Below, piece after piece: positions 54,015-64,000 of a stretch of DNA of 64,000 nucleotides. The DNA is taken from the NCBI RefSeq assembly GCF_009914755.1, contig NC_060935.1; one strand, given 5' to 3'. The translations under genes were made by a program, and so were the position numbers. The notes below the pieces were generated by a model. It searched no databases. It was not told where the DNA came from and worked only from the letters and a program-made list of their open reading frames with translations. Position 1 is the first letter of the stretch. Each line of letters starts with the position of its first letter. This stretch comes from the human T2T-CHM13v2.0 reference genome, Homo sapiens.

Positions 54015-56787
54015 ACAATAATAATTTTCTTGACTCATTCTTATATTTGGGAATTGGCCCCAGTCAATACTTGAAAAGAAAATATTGTTTGTCGAGTGTC
54101 TATTTAAAGTTTTATTAGTGTCACTAATAAAAATTTTGCTCTATATGTTGCATAATCTAAATGATTGTTTATGTAGCAGCCACTGGACAATCACTGAGAG
54201 GATCTTATTCCTCAAGCATGAGGGAGGGAGGCAACTTGGCTTCTTATCACCTACATGGCTCTTGGCAAGTCCTATGGCCCTTCCCTGGCTCCTGTGGAGC
54301 TCTTTGACATCACCTAGCACTAGTGCTATCTTGCACTTTATGCCCTAGAAACATAAGATGGCTTATAAGTTGTCTTATACAAGATATTTTGTTCATTTCT
54401 AGGGAAGTTCAAAGAACTGTGCACTTTTAAAAAGTTTTATTTCAATAGTTTTTGGGATACAGGTTGTTTTTGGTTACATGGATGTTTTTTAGTGGTGATT
54501 TCTGAGATTTTGTTGCACCCATCACCCAAGCAGTGTACACTGTACACAATATGTTGTCTTTTATCCCTCACCCCCTTCCCACCCTCCTTCCTGAGTCCCC
54601 AAACTCCATTTTATCACTCCTATGCCTTTGTATCCTCATAGCTTAACTGCCACTTATAAGTGAGAACATACAATATTTGGTTTTCCATTTCTGAGTTACT
54701 TCACTTAGAATAATGGCCTCCAGCTAGACATTATTTTATTCATTTTTACAGCTGAGCAGTATTCCATGGTATATATATACCAGATTTTCTTTATCCACTT
54801 GTTAGTTTATGGACACTTAGGTTGGTTCCATATTTTTGCAATTACGAATTGTGCTGCTATAAACGTGTGTGTATGTGTCTTCTTCATATGACTTCTTTTC
54901 CTTTGGATAGATACTCAGTAGTGGGATTGCTGAGTTGAATCATAGTTTTACTTTTAGTTCTTTAAGGAATCTCCATACTGTTTTCCATAGTGATGATACT
55001 GGTTTACATTTCCACCAGCAGTGTAAAAATGTTCCCTTTTCATCACATACATGCCAACATTATAATTTCTTGACTTTTTAATTATGGTCATTCTTGCAGG
55101 AGTAAGGTGGTATCTCATTGTGGTTTTAATTTGCATTTTCCTGATAATTAGTGATGTCGAGCATTTTTTCATAGGTTTGTTGGCTGTTCACATATCTGCT
55201 TTTGAGAATTTTCTGTTCATGTCCTTTGCCCACTTTTTGATGGGATTATTTATTCTTTTCTTGCTGATTTGTTTGAGTTCCTTGTAGATTCTGGATATTA
55301 GTCCTTTGTCAGATGCATAGTTTGTGAATATTTTCTCTCACACTGTGGGTTTTCTGTTTACTCTGCTGATTATTTCTTTTGCTGTGTAGAAGGTTTTTAG
55401 TTTAATTAGGTCCCATCTATTTATTTTTGTTTTTGTTGCATTTACTTTTGGGGTCTTAGTCATGAAGTCTTTGCCTAAGCCAATGTTTAGAAGAGCTTTT
55501 CCAATGTTATCTTCTATAATTTTTATGGTTTCAGGTCTTAGATTTAAGTCTTCGATCCATCTTGAGTTGATTTTTGTGTAAGATGAGAGATGAGGATCCA
55601 GTTACATTCTTCTACTTGTGGCTTGTCAGTTTTCCCAGCACAATTTTTTGAATAGGGTGCCCTTTCCCTAATTTACGTTTTTGTATGCTTTATTGGAGAA
55701 CAGTTGGCTATCAGTATTTGGCTTTACTTCTGAGTTCTCTATTCTGTTCTATTGGTCTATGTGCTTATTTTTATAACAGTACCATGCTGTTTTGGAAATT
55801 ATAGCCTTGTAGTACAGGTTGAAGTCAAGTAATGTGATGCCTCTAGATTTGTTCTTTTTGCTTAGTCTTGCTTTGGCTATGCAGGATCTTTTTTGTTTCC
55901 ATATGAATTTTAGGATTGTTTTTCTAGTTCAGTGAAGAATGGCCATGGTATTTTGATGGGAGTTGCATTGAATTTGTAGGTCGCTTTTGGCAGTATGGTC
56001 ATTTTTGCAATATTGATTCTTCTGATCCATAAGCATGGATGTGCTTTCATTTGTTTGCGTCATCTATGATTTCTTTTAGCAGTGTTTTGTAGTTTTCCTT
56101 GTAGAGATCTTTTACCTCATTCATTAAGTATATTCCTAAGTATTTTATTTTATTTTTTGTAGCTGTTGTAAAAGGGATTGAGCTATTGATTTCATTCTCA
56201 GCTTGGTTGCTTTTGGCATATAGCAGTGCTACTGATTTGTATACATTGATTTTGTATCCTGAGACTTTACTGTATTTGTTTATCAGATCTAGGAGCTTTT
56301 TGGATGAGTCTTTAGGGTTTTCTAGGTATACAATCACATCATCGGTAAACAGCAAGTTTGACTTCCTCTTTTCCAATTTTGATGCCCCTTCTTTCTTTCT
56401 TTTGTCTGATTGCTTTGGCCAGGACTTCCAGTACTGTGTTGAATAGAAGTGGTGAGAGTGGGCATCCTTGTCTTGTTCCAGTTCTCAGGGGGAATGGTTT
56501 CAACGTTTCTCCATCAGTATGATGTTGGCTGTGGGTTTGTCAAATATGGCTTTTGTTACTTTAAGGTATGTCCTTTCTACGCCTATTTTGTTGAGGGTTT
56601 TTATCATAAAGCGATGGTGGATTTTATCAAATGCTTTCTCTGCATCTCTTGAGATGATCATATGATTTTTGTTTTTAATTCTGTTTATGTAATGTATCGC
56701 ATTTATTGACTTGCATATGTTAAACCATCCCTGATTCCCTGGTATGAAATCAACTTTATCATGACGTATTATCTTTTTGATATGCTA

Positions 56788-56928
<141 letters not shown>

Positions 56929-58213
56929 TCATACAATGATTTAGCAAAGATTCCATCATTCTCTATCTTTTGGAAAAGTTTCAGTAAGATTGGTACCAAT
57001 TTTTCTTTGAATGTTTGATAGAATTCAGCTGTGAATCCATCTTGTCCTGGACTTTTTTGTTGGAAAATTGTTTATTGCTTGCTGCTTGTTATTGGTCTGT
57101 TCAGCATTTCTATGTCTTCCTAATTTAATCTAGGAGGGTTGTATATTTTCAGGAATTTATCCATCTCCTCTATATTTTCTAGTTTGTTTGCATAAAGGTG
57201 TTCATAGTAGCCTTGAATGATCTTTTATATTTCTGTGGTAGTGGTTGTAATATCTCCAGTTTCCTTTCTAATTGAGCTTATTTGGATCTTCTCTCTTCTT
57301 GGTTAATCTTGCTACTGGTCTATCCATTTTGTTTATCTTTTCAAAGAACCAGCTTTTTGTTTCATTTATCTTTTTTGTTTTTTTTCACTTTCATTTAATT
57401 CTGCTTTGATCTTTGTTACTTCTTCTCCTGAGTTTGGGTTTTGTTTGTTCTTGTTTCTCTAGTTCCTTGAGGTGTGACATTAGGTTGTCTATTTCTGCTC
57501 TTTCAGACTTTTTGATGTAGGCATTTAATGTTATGAACTTTCCTCTTAGCATCACTTTTGCTGTATCCCAGAGGTTTTGATAAGTTGTGTCACTATTATC
57601 ATTCATTTCAAAGAATTTTAAGTTTCCATCTTGATTTCATTGTTAACCCAAAAACCATTCAAGAGAAGATTATTTAATTTCCATATATTTGTATAGTTTT
57701 AAAAGTTTCTTTTGGAGTTGATTTCTAGTTTTATTCCACTGTGGTCTGAGAAGATACTTGATATGATTTCAATTTTCTTAAATTTATTGAGACTTGTTTT
57801 GTGGCTTATCATATGGTTTGGAGAATGTAACATGTGCTGATGAGAAGAATGTATAGTCTGCAGTTGTTGGGAAGAATGTCCTGTAAATAGCTGTGAAATC
57901 CATTTGTTCTAGGGTATAGTTTCATTGTTTCTTTGTTGACTTTCTGTTTTGATGATCTGTTTAGTGCCGTCAGTGGAGTATTGAAGTCCCCCACTATTAT
58001 TGCGTTGCTGTCTATCTCATTTCTTAGGTCTAGTAGTAACTATTTTATAAATTTGGGAACTCCAGTATTAGTTGCCTATAAATTTGGGATTGCAATATAT
58101 TCCTGTTGGACTAATCCTTTTATCATTATATAATTGTTCTTTGTCTTTTTTTTTTTTTGTAACTGTTGTTGCTTTAAAGTCTGTTTTGTCTGATATAAGA
58201 ATACCTACTCCTG

Positions 58214-58433
58214 GGCTGGGTGTAGTGGCTCACACCTGTAATCTCAGCATTTTGGGAGGCCAAGGTGGGAAGATCGCTTGAAGTCAGGAGTTTGAGACCA
58301 GCCTGGCCAACATGGTGAAACCCCATCTCCACCAAAAAATACAAAAATTAGCTGGGTGTGGTGGCATGTGCCTGTAGCCCCAGCTACTTGGGGGGCTCCA
58401 TCTCAAAAAATAAATTAATAAATAAATAATAAT
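58214..58433 (+). mobile_element. Alu with most of the right arm deleted (inversion breakpoint)
   Basis: Jumps from CAGCTACTTGGGGGGCT to CCATCTCAAAAA. Confidence 0.88.
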
Positions 58434-58922
58434 AATAATTGTCAGCCAAGAATTTTGTATCCAGCAAAATGAACCTTCATAAATGAAGAAGAGATAAAGC
58501 CTTTTTCAGAAAAACAAATGCTGAAACAACTTGCCACTACCAAACCAACACTACAAGAAATGCTAAAAGCGTTTCTAAATCTTGAAACCAAACCTTGTTA
58601 TACACCAAAATAGAATCTCCTTAAGGCATAAATCTCACAGGATGTATAAAACAGCAACACAATGAAAAATAAAGTATCTAGACAACAACTAACAAGATGA
58701 ATAGAACAGTACCTCACACCTCAATATAACATTGAATGTAAATGGCCTAAATTCTCCACTTAAGAAATACAGAATGGCACAATAGATAAGAATTCACCAA
58801 CCAAATATCCGTTGCCTTTAACAGACTCACCTGACACATACGGACTCACAAAAACTTAAGGTCAAGAGGTAGAAAAAGATATTCCACTCAAATGGAAATC
58901 AAAAGCGAGCAGGGTTGCTTTT

Positions 58923-59210
58923 TTTTTAGACAGGATCTCACTCTTGTCACTCAGGCTGGAGCACAGTGGCATGATCTTGGCTCACTGCAACCTCTGCCTC
59001 CTGGGTTCAAGCGATTCTCCCTGCCTCAGCCTCCCAAGTAGATGGGATTACAGGTGCCTGCCACCATGCCTGGCTAATTTTTGTATTTTTAGTAGAGATG
59101 AGGTTTTGCCATGTTGGCCAGGCCAGTCTCAAACTCCTAAGCTCAGGTAATCCTCCCATCTTGGCCTCCCAAAATGCTGGGATTGTAGGCATGAACCACC
59201 ATGCCCAGCC
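58923..59210 (-). mobile_element. AluS (inversion breakpoint)
   Basis: Reverse Alu. Confidence 0.9.
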
Positions 59211-59591
59211 ATGACAATTATTTTGTTTAAGGAGGCTAAAGATAGGACCCTAAGCCCTTCTGGCTTGTGAAGTTTCATCTGAGAAATTTGCTGTTAATCT
59301 GATGGGTTTTCCTTTATAGGTTACCTGATGCTTTTGCCTCACAGCTCATTTTTTTTCCTTCATCTTGATTTTAGATAGCCTGATGACTGTGGGCTTTGGT
59401 GATGATCTTTTGTGTGATGAATTTCCCAGGAGTTCTTTGAACTGTTTGTCTTTGAATGTCTAGATCTCTAGCAAGGCCAGGGAAGTTTTCCTCAATTATT
59501 ACCTCAAATAAATTTTCCAAACGTTTAGACTTCTTTTCTCCCTCAGGAACACCAATTCTTTCTGGGTTTGGCCATTTTACTTAATCCCATA

Positions 59592-61896
59592 TGATATGTT
59601 TTGGCTGTGTCCCTGCCCAAAACTCATCTTTAATTGTAGCTTCCATAATTTCCATGTATTGTGGGAGGGACCCAGTGGGAGATAATTGAATCATGGCAGT
59701 GGTTTTCCCCATACTGTTCTTGTGTAGTGAAAAAGTCTCATGAGATCTGATGATTTTATAAGGGGAAACCCCTTTCACTTGGTTCACATTTTCTCTCTTG
59801 CCTGCTACCATGTAAGACGTGCCTTTTGCCTTCCACCGTGATTGTGAGGCCTCCCTAGTCACATGGAACTGTGAGTCCATTAAATGTGTTTTTCTTTATA
59901 AATTACCCAGTCTCAGGTATATCTGTATCCGCAGCATGAAAATGGAGTAATACAGTAAATTGGTATCAGTAGAGAGGGGAGCTGTTGTAAAGATACCCAA
60001 AAATGTAGGAGTGACTTTGGAACTGAGTAACAGGCAGAGGTTGGAACAGTTTGGAGGTTCAGAAAAAGACAGGGAAATGTGAGAAAATTTGGAACTTCCT
60101 AGAGGCTTGTTGAACGGCTTTGACCAAAATGCTAATAATGTTATACACAATGAAATCCAGGTTGAGGTGTTCTCAGATGGAGATGAAGAACTTGTTGGGA
60201 ACTGGAGTAAAGGTAACTCTTGCTATGTTTTAGCAAAGAGATTGGTGGCATTTTGCCCCTGCCCTAGAGACTCATGGAACTTTGAACTTGAGGGAGATGA
60301 TTTAGAGTATCTGGTGTAAGAAATCACTAAGCAGCAAAGTGTTCAAGAGATGACTTGGGTGCTGTTAAAATCATTAAGTTTTAAAAGGGAAAAAGAGCAT
60401 AAAAGTCTGGAAAATTTGCAGCCTGATGATGCAATAGAAAAGAAAAACCCATTTTCCGAGGAGAAATTTAAGCCAGCTGCAGAAATTTGCATACGTAATG
60501 AGGATCCAAATGTTAATCACCAAGACAATGGGGAAAATGTCTCCAGGGCTTGTAAGAGAACTTTGTGGCAGCCTCTCCCATCACAGGCCTGGAGGCCTAG
60601 GAGGAAAAAATGTTTTCATGGTCCAGGCCCAGGGCCCCTCTGCTGTGTGCAGCCTAGGGACTTGGTGCCATGTGTCCCAGCTGCTCTAGCCATGGCTAAC
60701 AGGGGCCAAGGTACAGCTTGGGCTGTGGCTTCAGAGAGTGTAAGCCCCAAGCCTTGGCAGCTTACACATGGTATTGAGCCTGCAGTGGCACAGAAGTCAA
60801 GAATTGAGGTTTGGAAACCTCCACCTAGATTTCAGAGGATGTATGGGAATGCCTGGTTGTCCAGATAGAAATTTGTTGCAGGGGTGGGGACCTCATGGAG
60901 AACCTCTGCCAGGAAAGTGTAGAAGGAAAATGTGGGGTTGAAGACCCCACCCAGAGTCCCCACTGAGGCACTGCCTAGTGGAGCTGTGAGAAGAGGGCCA
61001 CTGTCCTCCAGATTCCAGAATGGTAGATCCACCAACAACTTGCACTGTGTGCCTGGAAAAGCTGCAGACACTCAATGCCAGCCTGTGACAGCAGCCGGGA
61101 GGGAGGCTATACCCTACAAAACCACAGGGGTGGAGCTGTCCATGACCATGGGAACCCACCTCTTGCATCAGCGTGACCTGGATGTGAGATATGGATTCAA
61201 AGGAGATAATTTTGGAGCTTTAAGATTTGACTGCCCTGCTGGATTTCAGACTTCCATGGGGCCTTTTTTCCCTTCATTTTGGCCAATTTCTCCCATTTGG
61301 AATGGGTGTATTTATCTAATGTCTATACCCCCATTGTATCTAGGAAGTAACTAACTGGTTTTTTATTTTACAGGCTCATAGGCAGACGGGACTTGCCTTG
61401 TCTCAGATAAGACTTTTGACTGTGGACTTTTGAGTTAATGCTGGAATGAGTTAAGATTTGGGGGACTGTTGGGAAGGCATCATTGGTTTTGAAATGTGAG
61501 GACATGAGATTTGGGAGGGACCAGGTGTGGAATTATATGGTTTGGCATTGTCCCCTCTCAAATCTCATCTTGAATTGTAGCTCCCATAATTCCCACATGT
61601 TGTGGGAGGGACCTGGTGGGAGATAATTGAATCGTGGTGGCAGTTTCCCCCATACTGTTCTCATTGTAGGGAATAAGTCTCACAAAATCAGATGGTTTGA
61701 TAGGGGGAAACCCCTTTCACTTGGTTTTCATTTTCTCTCTTGCCTGCCTCCATGTAAGACTTGCCCTTCACCTTCCACCATGATTGTGAAACCTCCCCAG
61801 CTATATGGAACTGTGAGTCCATTAAACGTGTTTTTCTTCATAAATTATCCAGTCTCAGGTATGTCTTTATCAGCAGTGTGAAAATCGACTAATACA
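59592..61896 (+). mobile_element. Complete THE1B/C-like provirus (LTRs 59592-59954 and 61533-61896)
   Basis: Two similar LTRs flanking THE1-int; near-TSD CCATA/ACATA. Confidence 0.92.
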
Positions 61897-64000
61897 ACAT
61901 ATTTCTTGGCGAGTTTGTTCATTTAAAAAAAAATTTTGTCTTTGCCTGATTGGGTTAATTCAAAAGCCATATCTTTTAACTCTGAAATTCTTTTTTCTGC
62001 TTGTTCTAGTCTATTGTTGAAACTTTCACTGCATTTTCTATTTCTCTAAGTGTGTCTTTCATTTCCAGAAGTTCTGAGTGTTTTTTCTTTATGGTTTCTT
62101 TTTCCCTGGAAGATTTTTACATTCATATCCTGGATTTTTTAAAAAAATATTTAAGTTGGTATTCACCTTTCTCTGGTATCTGGGAAATATTAAGCTACCT
62201 TGAGTAACTTAATAATCAACCCTCCGAATTCTTTATGTGGCATTTCAGAGACTTCTTTTTGGTTTGGATCTACTGCTGGGGAGTTAGTGTGATCTTTTGG
62301 GGGTGTTTATAGAGCCCTGTTTTGTCATATTACCAGAATTACTTTTCTGGTTCCTTCTTATTTGAGCAGACTATTTCTTGAAATTGTTCATGAATTTATT
62401 TTTGATTGGACTGTGGTTTTTTAATTTCATTTTTCCCCTCCTGAGGATCAGACTTTAATGTTTATACTTTATTTTTGCCTAATTTGATTATTGGTGCTTT
62501 TAGGGGTGAAGACTCTGTATGAGTTCCTTAGTTATAGAGTCTTTTTGCACTGGCTTTCTTAGATGCTGGTTGTAGTAGTTATATACTCATTGTGTGGGCA
62601 AGTTTACTGTCTCCTATTGGTTGAGAATGGCAGGGATCTCTTGAAGCTTATCCCATTCTCTCATGGCGTACATTTTATTTATTTGATTTTTACTCAGTAT
62701 TTTACTTATGGAGTTGATGATTCAGGCTTCAGGCCAATAGGGGAGGTATCCCTTAGTGGGCACTGGTTGTAGCTAAGGCAGATGGGTAGATGTAATACTC
62801 AGTGGTGGGCAGAGGTCCCAGCCTTGATGAAGGTGGCTGAGGGAGCTCTCAATTATATGTGCTGAGGTTTTATCAGGTTGAAGAGGGGGAGCTACCTCAG
62901 CTCCCCTGCCAGGCAAGAAGGAAAGGTATACACCTCACAGCTTAGCTTCACTCCTGTCCCAGTGTTCTGGCTATTCAGTTCAGACAGGCATCTTTTTTTC
63001 ATCTATAGGAATTTAATGTTCCAACTAGGGAGGAATTCTGACTCTGTGTCTCATGCAGGCCTGAATCTGGGGAGTACTCCTCCTGTGGGCTGTAATTACC
63101 CTGCATTGTTTCAGGAAGGCTGTCTATAGGTGCATCCATGCTGCTTTCCTGAGGCAAAAAGCCCCAGCTGTGTCTGCAGTGGTGTGCCTGAGGGAACAAT
63201 GATCCCTTCTCCAAAGCCCTTCATGATCACAGAGGTTACCTGCCTATTGGGGTAGAGGTGCAGACTTTCCCTACTGTGCCCAGCACTGCAGTTGTGGAAA
63301 TATCTGGGACTCAAGGCCTGCTGTTCAGAATCTTTTATTCCATGAGGTTATCCCTTGATGTGGTGCTCTCCCCCTTCCCCTGGGAACGGGGCTTCCTGAG
63401 AGCCTGACTGCAGTGATTTTTATTGCTCTTCTGGGTCTAGCCACCCAGTAAGGCTACCAGTTTCTGGGCTGGTGCTGGAGAATGTCTGCCAAGGATCCAG
63501 TGATGTGACCTGTCTTCAAGTGTCCCAGAAATGGATACCAGCACCTGCTCTGATGGAGGTTACAGGGGAGTGATGCAGACTCTGTGAGACTACTTGGTTG
63601 TGGATAGATTTAGCGTGCTGGCTTTCTCAAATGCTGGTTATGCTAGTAGTGAACTTGTCATGTGGACAGACTCAGGACCTCTGGTTAGCCAGGATGTTGC
63701 AGGCAGTGGTGTTAGCAGCTATTTTCTCCTTCCTGGGAGCAGTATTAATCTGCCAAGATGTGCTGTAATGGCCTGAGTTGGTTGGCCTTCAGTCACGAGG
63801 TGGCACTTGCAAGAGAGCACCAGCTGTGGTAGTAGCAATGGGATTTGAGCTTGCCCTAAGTTGTAAAGAGGAAGTATGCTGGTTTCTCAGGTGATGGGTG
63901 GGGCCATAAAACTCCCAAAAGTTTGTCTTTTTGTTAGGCTCCTAGGGCAAGTAGAGGAATACCATCAGGTAGGCTCAGGGTTAGGAGGGTCTGAGCTCAG

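Noticed and set aside
60089-61354. 77-172 aa ORFs in the THE1 internal region
   Set aside because: Fragments of degenerate non-autonomous MaLR internal sequence

Overview
Human (or near-identical great-ape) genomic DNA at the parathyroid hormone locus. The only intact protein-coding gene is PTH on the minus strand: non-coding exon 1 at ~10648-10733, coding exons 7511-7601 and 7407-~6796, encoding the 115-aa preproPTH. Its promoter, 3'UTR element and distal calcium-response motifs are recognisable. Most of the rest is layered interspersed repeats (L1PA/PB/M, Alu, LTR12, THE1/MST/MLT, MER, MIR/L2/L3). Main non-obvious structures: (1) an intron-retaining copy of PMPCA exons 1-3 (951-4253), inserted into an old L1 and ending in AATAAA plus an A-tract, which looks like a retrocopied unspliced, intronically polyadenylated pre-mRNA; (2) an apparent retrocopied 3'UTR inside PTH intron 1 in the PTH sense orientation, supplying an intronic AATAAA, the (AAAT)n repeat and a recursive-splice-like AG|GT site; (3) both PTH negative calcium-response motifs sit on transposon junctions; (4) an Alu-Alu recombination inversion with swapped target-site duplications (TSDs) at 58200-59222. 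Repeat subfamily names, parent-gene identities and literature motifs come from recall of consensus sequences, not from searches.
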